From contig NC_087437.1 of NCBI RefSeq assembly GCF_036321535.1, positions 60,700,001 through 60,764,000 of the forward strand: 64,000 nucleotides of DNA, read 5' to 3'. Shown here piece after piece: positions 13,930 through 26,980 of this stretch. Under the pieces are notes generated by a model, which worked only from the letters and a program-made list of their open reading frames with translations, had not been told where the DNA came from and made no database searches. The position numbers were made by a program, and so were the translations under genes. The DNA is from Camelus dromedarius. Taxonomy: Eukaryota. Numbering within the stretch: position 1 is the stretch's first letter; every line of letters begins with the position of its first letter.

Positions 13930-14568
13930 ACAGTTAGAACAGTCCACCCAAGATCACTCTCACCTCTGACAACAACTGCAAGGTCGAGGAGTTTCCAAAA
14001 TCAACCTTAGGTTTGATAATTTGTCAGAAAGACTCACAGAACTCACTGAAAGCTATTAAATTAATAGCTATGGTTTATTATAGCTTAAGAATATGGATTA
14101 AAATCAGGCAAGTGAAGAAGTACACAGTGCAGAGTCCAGAAGAGGTAATAAATGAGGAGCTTCCTGCTGTCCTGTCCCCATGGAGCCAAGACAGATTATT
14201 CTCCCAACACCAATGTGTGACAATTTGTGACAAGGACTGCCAGCCAAGGAAGCTCACCTGAGCTTCGATGTCCAGAGGTTTTATTGGAGCTTATAGGCCT
14301 AACTGATGGACCACATAGACTGAGCTCAGTCTTCAGCCCCTCTGGAGATCCACTGATACCAAAGTCATCACCCTAAATCATGCTGTTGTTTTTTCTGGTG
14401 TGGCCAACCCCTATCCTAAATCATACTGTTATACTGAGGGTGACCCAAGGCTCCCAGGCAAATAAAGATACCCCAATCAGGCATGACATTCCAAGTGTTT
14501 AGAGGTCACCTCCTAAAAGCCAAGGATAAAGGCTTTCTTTTGAGACAAGGTTAAATTCTTTACTATAG
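13930..14568 (-). mobile_element. MER21-like solo LTR
   Basis: ggtttgataatttg...gactcacagaactcactgaaagct...aggttaaattctttact pattern. Confidence 0.6.
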
Positions 14569-14579
14569 CCATATTTCAT

Positions 14580-17500
14580 AAAATAAAAAAATAAGAAAAT
14601 ACACATTTTCTGCCTCTTTGTGCACCCCATAAAATAAACTCATAATAGAAAAATCAAAACACAGGAAGGATAAACCAGAAACTAATGAGAATAGTTACCT
14701 AGGGCATGGTAGGGAATGGGGTGAAAAGAATGAGGAATAGGAAAATGGTAGAAGGGATGAGAGGGGAATGGCACTTCTCAGAAGATGCTTTTGTAAAATT
14801 CTGACTTTTATGGCCTATGTCAATGCTTCATATACTTTAAAAATATACAAATAATTAAAATGAAATACAAACAATAACAGATGAACATGACTATATTACA
14901 AAGAACATAATTGCACCAAAAGGACTAGAGCAGAAAAGAATTAGCCAAAGCAACTTTGGAAAACATTATTTTGACTGAGTAAGACTAGAAACAAAAGGAC
15001 TGTATACAAATACTGTTCTTTAGTTAGCAAATTTATTTTTCACAGAGGAATGAGTTAATTCTGAAACTACTCTGTAAATTATCCAAAATTGAGCAAATAA
15101 GTAAATATGCTATAGATAATTAGAGCTAGATTTCACACTGTTGGTGAAAGGAATTACACATAATGAAAAAGACAGTGAGATAGCTTTAAATCTGTAGTGA
15201 CAGAATGAAACTGGTGGTATCCATATGAACTCATCGTGTGTTTTATACACACACACAAATACAGATCTAGAGATCACATACACAAGACATTTACTTCCTA
15301 GCTCTGTCTGCTTAGAGGGCCTTGAAGTAATTACATCCCAGTAGCAATGAGCACCACTAGCACTCAGATCTTGGTTTCTAAATATTACTGTCCACTTAAA
15401 AGAAATAGCTGATTCCAGAGATGGAGCAGAAGTAGAAGGTGGAGCCTAAAACATCAGTGTAGCGCCAAAAAGTAGACAAGTGCTCAAAAAAAAAAAAAAA
15501 AAAAAAAAAAAGACATGTCAAAAGGACACAGAAGCCAACCTGAAGGGACTCACAACAGCCAAAAAACCTGAGCAACTGAATATATAATGATAGTAATGGA
15601 TTATAACTCAAGAATAAAACATCCTGAGTCTATAGTGATATAAACAACTGATTAAATAAATAAATGGGAGAAGGGACAGCTCTTCCTTATAGAGAATTTC
15701 AAATTAATAAATACAGAAGGAATGATGGAAATAGAAAGTTACAATTTGCAACTCCTCTCAGAAATGACTCAGGCAAGAATCATCAATGGATGCTAAAATT
15801 AGAGAGTAAAAGTATAATAAGAAACAAGGTATTTAATAGTCTCAAAGTATCTCCCACAAGATACTTCAGATTACAAAGGGAAAAATTGTGCTTTTCAATG
15901 GAAAAACCCAGCACACATCACCTTAATCAGGTGACTGAGGTTACTATCACTAGTAATGAGACATGTGGACATTGTATGCTTCCTGATGTGGCACCATCAC
16001 TTATGTGGTATGCTTGTTAAAAACAACCTGAATTTAATCCTAAGGAAACAACAGACAGACCCACATTGAGGGACACTCTATAGGATAACTGGCTAATACT
16101 CTTCAAAAGTGTCAAGGTCATAAAAGATAAAACAGACTGAGGAACTGTCCCAGATTAGAAGACTAAGAAGACAAACAACATGTAATCCTGGATTGGGTTT
16201 TAGTCCAGGAAAAGGAAACTGGTGGGACAATGACAAAATCTGAATAAGGTTTTTAGATCAGTTAATAGTATTATCTTAATTTCCCAGTTTTGATAATATA
16301 CTATAGTTATATAATGTAACATTGGGGAAAAGTTGGGTGAAGTTTTTAAAAATTATAAACCTGAAGTTATTTCAAAGTACAAAGTTAAAATTTTTCTTAA
16401 ACATTTAAAAATTTTAGGAAATCTCCCAGAAAGTACCACAAAATGACAGATTGGAAAATCATGAAGAAAGATAAGAAAATTAAAGGATCAGGTCAGGATA
16501 TCAAATATCCAAATAAAAGTTACAGAAAATAAACTAAGAAATTACAAAAGGAGGGAGGTGTCAAATAAAAGATTCAAGAAAATTCTCAGAATTAAAAGAC
16601 ATCTGATTTTGTACAAGGAAAGAATCTGCTAACGAATGAAAACAGACTCATACCAAGACATATCAATTATGAAATTTCAGAACACTGGGAGCAAAACAAT
16701 GCTATAAGCTTGAGGGTGGGGGTAGGCAGGTAATAAAAAAAGGATCCATAACATAAAAACAAAATATATAAAAACATTTATATGTAAAATGGAGATTTAT
16801 ATAACTATATTTGTGTAATTTATATATGTCATATTACATATACAAATAAAATCAGAAATAAGAATGGCAATAAACTTCTTAAACAGCAAGACTGAAAGAA
16901 GAAAATATACTAATGCTTTCAAAGTTCTGAGGGAAAATTATTTTCAACACAGAATTTAAGACTTAGCCAAACTATCAAAATTGAGGATACAAAAAAGTTT
17001 ATCTAAATATACACCACCATGTATCCCTTTTTCAGGGAGCCGCATGAGGTACTCAGAATGAAGGAGAAAATCAAGAAAGAAGTCATGAGATCCAGGAAAT
17101 GAGATCTAAAACTAGAGACAGGCCCAATCAATAACTGCCTTTCTGATGGAAGAAAAACGTATTCAAGTAGCAAAATATAGGCAACATGATCTATATTTCT
17201 GCAACAGAGAAAAATGAGGACAAAATATATTAGAATTGGGAACTGGAAACAAAATACACTTGCCTGCTATATGCAATGGACTCTCCTAAAGCTTTATGTT
17301 AATCAAAATTCTTAGATTATTCTTTTAAAATACACTAAAACTTTTACAAAACAAAACAAGAGACAGGCAAGAGGAATACTAAAGAATACTAAAGAAAGAT
17401 AACAGTGACAACTGTGCCTCAGACTGAGAGGGCCACCAATCCAGAAGGAAGAGGTCAGAAGGCTCTAGAAGAGAAGTCTGAAAATGTGAAATTGACAGAA

Positions 17501-17700
17501 TTTCTAAAGTGTCTGAATGAAAAGACAGGAGATATAGACAACTGGAAGAGAGCCGGAAGATTAATTAGTACATAGAACACTAAACAAAAAGGATAATTAA
17601 TTTCAGAGGAAACAAAGAGTTGTATAAGAAAGGAAAAGGTCACTGTAAATCACTGTATACTACACAGCTTTAGCTGTGACTACCACTTAATTGTAATAAA
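14580..17700 (+). mobile_element. Degraded old L1 (L1MC/MD/ME-like) fragments
   Basis: A-rich plus strand with recognisable L1 3'UTR and ORF1-like motifs. Boundaries approximate. Confidence 0.55.
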
Positions 17701-17719
17701 GTAAACACTGATCTAACCC

Positions 17720-17916
17720 AATGAATGGTTCTCCACCAGTCATCCCAGCCCAACATTTGGAAATGTATGGGAAATTGCTGGTTATAGCAATGAATTCAGG
17801 CTGGTATTGATACTTAGTGCCTCAGGACCAGTAATACTAAACATCATGTAATGGACATGATAATGAAGAACTGCCTCATTCAAAATGACAGTAGTGCCCC
17901 TATTGAGAAAAACTGA
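17720..17916. mobile_element. MER20B-like DNA transposon remnant
   Basis: ggttctc...acatttggaaatgt...caaaatgacagtagtgcccctattgagaaaaactg. Confidence 0.55.
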
Positions 17917-18730
17917 TTCTAGTCAAAATTATGGTATTGCTATATTAGGATAGGTGGGAGGGTAGATAAAAAGTGCACACATATATAGAAGTGAGGAGCA
18001 GATGTGAAAGAACTAAATCTTCATCTTCTACAGTTAACAGATAAAGCCTAAAACTAGGAAATCAAAAGTAACATTATAAGAAGGCATTTAGAGACATGCT
18101 GTTTATACCAAAAGAAAAGCTCAAAGACAAAGAAAAAGAGGCAGTCTTTGGGTAACGGGCAATGCTGGAAAGGGGCAGGATTCTGGGAACTAAGTCGGGG
18201 AAAAAAGGCTAGAGGTTTCTGCCTTCAGTATGTAAATTTCCACTTAGTCCCCTTATAAATCACTGTACCCCACCCTTAATTATGCAGGTATCCCCCAGTC
18301 CAGGGACTGTTTTATCCTCTCCACTCCAGATACTAAGTCTCTAGTTAATTCTGTTTATATGTATGGGAACAAAGTCAGATTTGGAGGTAATTTTCTTGAA
18401 CAGACTTTCACACAATCACATTTTTTTTGGTCCTACCTTCATCTCCATTTCCACAGTACATGACACCACTAAATCTTGAAACTTTCAAAAGGTTATGAAA
18501 CACAAATATGACTATTTGTTGGCTTTCTCCACTTTCTGGTTTAGGATTCAGCTTTCTCTAGTCTGCTAATCAGTTACTGCTCACCTTTTCTGCTTTTCAG
18601 CTTCCAGAATATTGTTGCTATTCTCACTGCTCTTGTTCTTAGTCATTTGATTTAAAAAAAAAAAAAAAAAAGACTTCTCTACTGTTTTAATGGAGTTTTC
18701 AGGCTGGATTGGAATTAGATGTGTATACTC

Positions 18731-18937
18731 TAGAAAATAAATTTATGGCTACCAAAGGGGAAAGGTCAGTGGGGAGGGATAAATTAGGAGTTTGGGATTA
18801 GCAGATACAAACTACTATACACAGAACTGATACATAACAAGTCCCACTGTACAGCACAGGGAACTGTATTCAATAGCTGGTAATAACCTATAATGAAAAA
18901 GAATATATATAACCAACTATACTTTAATTTTTTAAAA
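18731..18937 (+). mobile_element. 5'-truncated L1 3'UTR fragment with TSD
   Basis: acagcacagggaactgtattcaata motif; TSD atgtgtata(c/t)tc at 18719-18730 and 18938-18949. Confidence 0.8.
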
Positions 18938-19095
18938 ATGTGTATATTCAACCCAATAGCTTTACCATAATATATTGTTGAATAAAAAAAAGTTGCTCAA
19001 CAATATGTATGAACCCACTTTTGTTAAAAGGAAAAAATATATGTATATTTTGAAAATTTACAGAGGAAAAAATGTTTGAAAAAATTTATACCAAG

Positions 19096-19650
19096 CTATC
19101 AACAGTTTAGGCCCACAGTTCCTAAACTGAGCACCTGGCTTCTGCAGTGAATTCACAAGGATGTCGTAATTGTTTAAATTAGAGGGGGAAAGTGATATTC
19201 TGTCAAACACCCTGCAAACTGCCAGTTCAAGACAGTTCAGTTTCAAATCAGATCATGCTATATATGCTATCTTCCTTTTGATGACATATCTTTGCAAAGC
19301 TGGCTTTTTGCTGATTGCTATGATTTAAAAAAAATACTGTGCAAAAATCAATTTGGAACAGGAAATGTGGGTGGTGTCTAACGATTCCAAGGTTTGTGAA
19401 GTTTATAGTACCCAATAAGTGCATACAGTAAGTAACCGTGGTTATTTATTATTTAAGAATGAAATAATACTACTATTTTGTCTTTCAATTTATGTTTTTT
19501 TTTTAAAAACCAACTATTAAGTTGCTAGATCATAAGTACTTAGTAAGTTATTTAGACCTAATTACTGAATAAATTAAACTGTTAAGCCTAAAGGCACTAT
19601 GAAAAAGACATTAAGGGTTTGTGAACAGAGAAAGTTTGGGAACCTCTGCT
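19096..19650. mobile_element. Charlie-like hAT transposon remnant
   Basis: Ends cagttcctaaact / agtttgggaacctctg look like imperfect terminal inverted repeats. Confidence 0.55.
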
Positions 19651-19715
19651 TTAGAGTATTGTATTTTAGTCTATTTCTTTATTAATGGGAAAAAAACACT
19701 TAAAAATAAACAAAC

Positions 19716-19838
19716 TTTTTTTGGGGGGAGTAATTAGGCTATGTATTTATTTGTTTTTTAAGTGGCAGTACTGGGGATTGAACCCAGGACCTCTTGTATG
19801 CTAAGCATGCATTCTACCACTGAGCTATACCCTCCCCC
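19716..19838 (-). mobile_element. tRNA-derived SINE, long form
   Basis: Reverse complement of the SINE head plus the cctaatta-C-run extension. Confidence 0.88.
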
Positions 19839-19959
19839 ACAAATAAACTTCTTAATATGAAATTCAAACATGTTCTCTTTGTATACTACCAATATAAAAG
19901 GAGATTTGGAATTTACTCTTCATAATACTTAAAGGTAATATAATTGCTGAGAAATCATC

Positions 19960-21050
19960 AATAAGATATTTAAGCTGAGACAAAGGATGAGAACGTACCT
20001 AGGCAAAGGGAACAGATAAACAGAAGCCCAGGAGGGGGAATGTAGTATGCCAAGGAACTAAAAAAACTTCAATATCACTTAAAGGAGGAGCTGGAGAGGT
20101 AGGCAAGGAATAGAAAAGCTAAATTAATAATGCTGCTACTTAACATAAAGGTAGTGTGAAGCCACTGAAAGACAAAGAGGTGTATAAGATCTGATTAGTA
20201 TGGCTAAAAAGATAATTTTGTCTGCAGTGTGCAGAACAGTAGGAAGAAAGCCACAGCAAAGGAAACCTGTTAGGAGGCTATTACAGGTAAATGCTGGCAA
20301 AGTGCAATAGCTGCTTGGATTAAAGGAAAACTGGGAGAAGTAGCAAAGTGAATCGACCTTGAGATTTTTCAGGTCAGAAATGTCAAGACTGAGAGAAAGC
20401 CTGTGGGGGTGAGAGGGTAAGAATTTCAGTATGAGTTACTGGGGAGATGGTGGTATACTTTATACAGAACAATGGAGAAAGATGGGAGGAAGATTATACT
20501 GGCTATCTCTTTAGTTTTAGACATGTTAGATGTGAGGTGACTGTAAGAAATCCAAGTGGATGCATATTGTTGGACATACAGGTCAGGAACTCTGAAAAGA
20601 AGATAGCACAGAAATCCCAGTTTAAGTCATCAGATTATAGTAACCAAAGCTACAGAAAATGATAAGCTCACCTCGGGACAATTTGTAAATGGTAGAAGGG
20701 AATGCACCTGAGGACAGTGTCCTGAGGAACTCTAGCATGTAAAAGTAAGGTAAAGAAAAGGAATGACCGGGAAATAAAGTGGAAAATCAGGTAAGTGTGG
20801 TGTTAGGAAAGCTAGGGAAAGTTTCTAGAAGGAGGGAAATGGTCAGTCAAAGGCTGCTGAGAGGTCAAGCAAGGTAAGAATTAAAAAGTGTCCATCTGAT
20901 TCTTACAACATTTGCAAAAGAAATTTTAGTAGAATGGAGAGGACAAAACCCAAGATGGAGTACAGAAGACAATATGTAAAACTGCTCAAGAAGCCTGAGT
21001 AAATGAGAGAGGGCGGACTTTTTTTAAACAGAGATATCTGTACATGTTTA
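19960..21050 (-). mobile_element. L2 remnant
   Basis: Purine-rich L2-like motifs (agttttagacatgttagatgtgaggtg, gctgctgagaggtcaag). Confidence 0.55.
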
Positions 21051-21094
21051 AATGCTGAGGGAGTACTTTATTTATGGATAAAGATGGCAGACTG

Positions 21095-21414
21095 GGAGGG
21101 AGGTGCCAAGATGGTGGAGTAGAGACTCACAACTCACCCTCTCCCACAAATACACCAAGAATTACATCTACAAATTCACTGAATCGCACAGAACACCTAC
21201 TGAACTCTGGCAGTGTCTTGTTTTGAAATACAGGAGGATTCTCACAAAACCCAATAAACAAGAAGTTCATACTATACAGCACAGGGAACTATATTCAATA
21301 TCTCAGTAACTTATGGTGAAAAAATATGAAAATGAATGTGTATATTCATGTATGACTAAAGCATTATGCTGTAGACCAAAAATTGACACACTGTGTCAAA
21401 AAAAATTAAAAAAA
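21095..21414 (+). mobile_element. Short L1-derived element (5'-end-like segment joined to L1 3' end) with TSD
   Basis: Begins gggagg..ccaagatggtggagtag (L1 5' end/YY1-like motif), ends in L1 3'UTR plus A tail, 15-bp TSD. Confidence 0.75.
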
Positions 21415-21490
21415 AAAGACAGCAGACTGAAGAGACATTTTACTTTCACTCCCTCCTAAAACCTTATTAAGATGAGAATAAAGAATTTTT

Positions 21491-21630
21491 GGGAGTGAGG
21501 AGGCTTAGCTCAAGTGGTAGAGCACATGCTTAGCAGGCATGAGGTTCTGAGTTCTATACCCAGTACCTCCATTAAAAAAATAAATAAACCTAATTACCTC
21601 CCCCAACAAAAAACAAAATAAATAAATTAT
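21491..21630 (+). mobile_element. tRNA-derived SINE, long form
   Basis: A/B boxes, aataaacctaattacctcccc extension, A-rich tail. Confidence 0.85.
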
Positions 21631-22001
21631 TTTTTAAAATAAATTTAAAGTTTTTTCTAAAATATAATATACATACAATGAAAAGCAGAAATCTTCAGGG
21701 GTTTTCTTTTTTAAGCATATGTAAGAGAGAAGAGAGGAAGCTGGAATGTGGATTGACTTAAAGACGTAAGAAAGTAAAATGTCAAGCTTGCAACGAGGAA
21801 AGCAATCCAATTTATACAACAGTGCCTCAAAACAGGTCAGGAATTGGCAACAGCAGGTTCTATACGAGTGATGTGAACATGATGCTAAAAAACAAGAGGA
21901 TAGGTCAATCATTTAGATACCCTCCTACTCTCCACAAAATCCAGCCAACTGCCCCTTCCCCATCTGTGCAGAAGCCTGGTGTGTTCTTTCCTAGAGTAGA
22001 A

Positions 22002-22200
22002 CAGCACTGGTCAACAAAACTTATGCAATGATAGAAATATTCTGTATCTGCTCTGTTCCATTTGGTAGCCTCCGGACACATGTGGTTACCAACCACTTGA
22101 AATGTGTCTAGTGCAACAGAGGAACCAAATCTTTAATTTTATTTAATTTTAATTTTTTAAGTTGCTACACATGGCTAGTGGCTACATATTGGTAGCACAG
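22002..22200. mobile_element. MER3-like DNA transposon
   Basis: gcaatgatagaaatattctgtatctg...cacttgaaatgtg...catggctagtggctac. Confidence 0.65.
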
Positions 22201-23800
22201 ATCTAAAGGATAAAACAAAGGATTATGAGACTGGAAAACATCCGGTCCAGTTGAGAATGAGGGTATCATACTGAAGATAGTTAAGTGTACATAAATGACT
22301 GTTTATATACTGAATTCTAAGACCTCTACCATTTTCCTCAGTTTAGCTACCAGATTGTTGATAGCCCAGCTTATAAACTCCAAGCAGGAGACTTAAAGAC
22401 TCTTCTTTGGGAAATCCAACTAGCCCAAGAAAAAAGATAAAGATACTACCATTGAAGGCTCTCCAGTAAGAGTCTAGCCAGTGTACCCTAAAATCAATAA
22501 ATCCCAAGCATCAACTCAGAGTACAAGTGATTAAAATTAAAAGCAACCTCCACATGGGGTCCTTTTACATTTCTGCCCCTGTATTCTCCATCATGCTGTT
22601 GTGTGCTCATGTTCACCAAATACCAATATTCCTTCAAAGATAAAACATACACACAAGGGAAACAGAACTGGGCTTTCAACTCTTACTAGATACTCACTGA
22701 CCCTGGGACAGCCTGAACTCTGAACAATCCTTAAGAGGCCCAATATTTGGGTAAAAGTTTGCATGCTGCCACTGTACAGGTTAACTCAAGCAACACTATG
22801 AAAAAGTTCTTTCTCCTAGAGGTAATAAGACAGTAATGAGAATAGCCGTTGTGTAGTAAATAAACAGGGGAGGGGTTACCCACCCCAGAAAAATGAGACA
22901 ATAGTTTGTAGTAAGAAACAAGATTAAACACAAAATAAAAATTAAAAGAAAATTTGCCCACTGGTATCAGAGGGTATGAAAGAACCATAAAAAGACTGAC
23001 TGAGAACTGGAGACTTGCACATTTATGGTACCTCTCATGATAGTCTCACCACACTCAGCCACCAGATATAAAGTGGATTTAGTTAAGTATACAACCCTGG
23101 TCTAAGTCCTTATAGACAGAGAAGACCGCCTCAAGAATGAGCAAGTGACTTCTAAACTCCACTTTTCACTGGTCTTCAAGTTGTTCCTATCCCACCCTGA
23201 CTTGGTTTCTATGTTTAACATGTACCACTTTAGACTAAAATTGTGACCCTGGGTTCATATTTATCTTTCTAAATACCTCTACTTGAAAACTGCGCTCTGT
23301 CAGAATCTGAAATTCAATAATTTTTAAACTTCAAAATTAAGCTATTTCAGACAAAAATAAAAAACGAGACTCAGCAACTTGTTTTTTTCATTTCATACAC
23401 CTACTATGTATCTCTCTAGATTCTGAATTTATAGACTGCTTCTCTGTTAACATGGCTTTTTAAATCAGCAAATTCAGAATACCTTTTGTCATCTGGTTGT
23501 AGGAAGTTAACATGCTATAAATAGGGTCATTTTTAAAAGAAAATAATTCAGCATCTTCCTTTAAAGAATCTGTGATGTAGGGTCCATTTCAGGCTCTACT
23601 ACTAACACAAAATAATAATCACTGAAGTGTGATATCTTAAAAAAAAAAAGAGAATGACTGAAGCAATGAAAAGGCTATCAAAGAATTATTTGATAATGAA
23701 TATATCTCTCAAAAAAGAGAATGTTCAACTCTGCCTGATGGCCTGTAATTACCTTAATAATTCTGAAAATATTACTCCCCCAAAAAAGAGTCACGGGGTT

Positions 23801-23898
23801 TGGGGGCTGTAGCTCAGTGGCAGAGCACATGCTTTGCATGCACAAGGTCCTAGGTTCAATCCCCAGTGCCTTCGTTAAGGAAAAAAAAAAAAAAAAAA
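23801..23898 (+). mobile_element. tRNA-derived SINE, short form
   Basis: A/B boxes followed by a poly(A) tail. Confidence 0.88.
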
Positions 23899-25091
23899 GT
23901 CAGGACATTTTCACTAAAATGGGTAAGAAAGATACATGAGGCACTGTTATTGCTCCATCAGTTGATCCTTTCTAGGTAGCTACCAAATTCTTTTAAGTTA
24001 GTAGCATAGTACAATTTAACTAAGAAAGAAAAAGGGGCTAAAAATTCAAGGACAAGCTTAAAGCAAATGCTGAGAGCCTCTAGTTCAATCAGGTGTTTAT
24101 AAGGCAATTAGAGACATAGAACTCTAACAGTTCCTAAACTAAGTTCCATAGTAAGCTGGCTAGTTGATACAAAGTAAGAGGTTATGCATACCAGGATGGA
24201 GGAAGGGTCGGGGGGAGCCTGTGTATAGTACAGTGGGTTTATGACAAGCCAGTTTGAACAAAAGCTAAATATTCTTAAATTGAAATTTTCCCCTGGTTTA
24301 TGAAGACTTGACTTTATGCTTTTATAGCCTACTAAAAACTGATTTATAAAGTGATATGATCTCTATATAATTCTGCAAGCAACAACAAAAACCTAAGCAA
24401 CATTCAGTAAGAAATTTTACTGTAAAATCTAATACTTCCATCAAAGAGCATTAAGGAGTCTAACTGCAGAGGAAACTGAAAACAGAATTACACAGAGCTA
24501 CTGACAAATTTTTTTTCCCTTCTGGGCTCAAGGCACTACAAAACCTGAAACAGTACTATTGATTCAAGTAATGTTATTTGTTAAGGAAAGGAAGAGAAAA
24601 AAAAAAATGAGAAGGCATAGAAGGCAACTAGATAAGCACGACACTCTCTCTCTGAGCCTGTTTATAAATTAAGATCTACATCTGCGTTCTCAAACCATGA
24701 GTATCACCTGAGAAGCTTTTTAAAAACCTCAAATACCCAGGTCCCACTTTAGATCTATTAAGGTAGTGTGTGGGCATTTGGGGTTTTGTTTTAATTCTCC
24801 AAATGATTCTAATGTCCCCCAAGGTTTTGGAACCATTGGATTAGATGACCTTCAAGGTCTCGTTCATATTCATGACTTAAAATTCCAAACTGACAATTCT
24901 GTGTCAAAGGAACTGAAGATTGCACTTCATCAGGCTCCACTGACATCATCATGCTCCAATGAGGAAAGTATTCTTAATTTGTCTGACCAAGCAATTTTAA
25001 GAACAGGTGCTACTCACTCAAGTCACTGATTGCATCCCTCTTCCTCCTCCCTAAACACTTCTCTAACTTAGGGTCTATTAAACTTCAGAGT

Positions 25092-25262
25092 GGGGAGAGG
25101 GTATAGCTCAGTGGTAGAGAGCATGCTTAGCATGAGGTCCTGGGTTCAATTCCCAGTACCTCCTCTAAAAATAAATAAACCTAATGACCCACCACTACCA
25201 AAATAAAATAATTAAATAATAACAAATAAATAAAATAAAATACTAAAAAAAAAAAACCCCAC
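25092..25262 (+). mobile_element. tRNA-derived SINE with TSD
   Basis: TSD aaacttcagagtgg at 25080-25093 and 25263-25276. Confidence 0.9.
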
Positions 25263-26229
25263 AAACTTCAGAGTGGTGAATGTTCTTCTTCCTCCAATAC
25301 AGAGAAAGTCATCCCCTCAGATTAATTTAGAATGGTAATGTCCAGCCACTCAAAGGATTCAAATTCCTGTATTTATTCTCCGCACATTTTCAATTAACAT
25401 GAAATGTTTTAGAGGCAGAGTGAGGAGTCCTCAAAATTGGGCAGAGAATTCCTTCTAAAGTGGGCCAACGTGTAAGGAAAGCCCCTTCCAGCTTTCCTCC
25501 TAGAAAGGGTCCACTAACTACGTCAAATAAGAGCAAAACTAATTTAGAGCATCCCTCGAATACCAAAAATGTGTTATCAATCAGCATGAGACATCTGGGT
25601 GAGTAGGAAGAGGCTGGTTTTTTCCTAATGCTGCCCAACTCAAAGCAGAGACTGCAGTTAGGTTTTAACCACGCAAGATTCCACTATCTCCTCTGGCACC
25701 CTTCTCCATACCGAGCTTAGTTATTTCGGGTAAAAAACCGGAATTAATTAAGAACCTACTAGTAAGTGTCCTGGATATTCTGAAGTCGAGTTTAACCGGA
25801 TTCCCCAAACATATCATGATTAATGTTCTGCTTTCTTCATTTCATTTAATTCCCCCAACTTTTATAAGTAAAAGAAAGCTCCATTTTACATGGGTTAACA
25901 ATGTCTACACGAGATTTAAAGCCACTACCAAATGGCAGGCTAGATTTAAACTCAGCTCCTCTGACTCCAAGTCCAAAACCCTTATCTCCCATATCCTCTT
26001 CGCATCCCTCCTCTTCCAAAAGAGTGGTCAAACAGTCTAGCCTGGGTTGACACTGTCTAGCACAGACAACAGAAAAACAGACTTGCCACCACCGTAATGT
26101 TCAATTGTGCAAGACCTATTCACTAGAACAGGGTCCCAGGAGTGTGGAAGAAAGAACCAAAGGCACGAAGGAAGCAGAACTAACCGAACAAGTAAAACCC
26201 CTTCACTACCAATACAACAGAAGCTGGAG

Positions 26230-26980
26230 GACCTCTACCGACAGCGCTTCCTCTCAAAGCTTCCCCCGGCTTCAGGAGGAGAGGCGGGGGCGCTAGCCCT
26301 CTCCGCTTCTACGTCGTACAGCTCAGATTAGAGAGAAAGAGGGGAGGACAGCGGTCCCTCAGAACGAGCTCCCTCCCGACCCCAGAAAGGCCCAGCAGCG
26401 CCCGGGGAGAAATCCGCTGCCTCTGGTACGAGCGTGAGGGGAAAGCAGCCCTCGAGGCCTCCAGGCCCGGGTGCTGAGCTGGCGCGCACTGGCGCGGGAA
26501 TGGCCAGCCACCCCGCTCCGTAAGGCATTCGCCGGATCTGACACTCGGGCTCCAGCTTACCTACGTCCCTCGCTGCCGGCACCTGCCCGACTGTGGGTCC
26601 AGATACTGCGGCAGCTTGGACTGCGGCCCCGCCTTCGCCAGCTTTAGGGTAAGTCCCGTTGGCCAGGCGGCGTCCGGCCTGCTCACAGCGGCCACGGCCG
26701 CCGAGCTTCCTATGGAGCCGCTGCCGCGACGCCGGCGCTCACTTACATCGTCATCTCCTTCCGAACCCTTCCGCCTTAGCCCCACCCGCGCCCCGTGCAG
26801 GGGGCGGGAGAGTGAGCCGAGGCCCGGGTCTAGGGGAGTGGCTCCGCCTTCCCTCCGCTTCCGGAGGCGCGCTCTTCTCCAGTCCCTGGACGTCTGTCTG
26901 ACGCGTCGCGGCGCCCGCGTCGGGGGTAGCACTTGGTCCACTCCAGCAGCCCCCACCTCGCGCCCTGCTCCGAGCACGTG
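26230..26980. promoter_or_regulatory. CpG island / SENP5 promoter
   Basis: The only strongly GC- and CpG-rich stretch in the window. ETS/GABPA-like cttccgg near 26857-26863 and GC-box-like ggggcggg near 26801. Confidence 0.9.
26561..26800 (-). other. SENP5: SENP5 non-coding exon 1 (5' end approximate)
   Basis: Inside the CpG island. Donor TAG|gtaagc at 26560, and a second strong donor GAT|gtaagt at 26746. The TSS cannot be determined from sequence. Confidence 0.75.
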
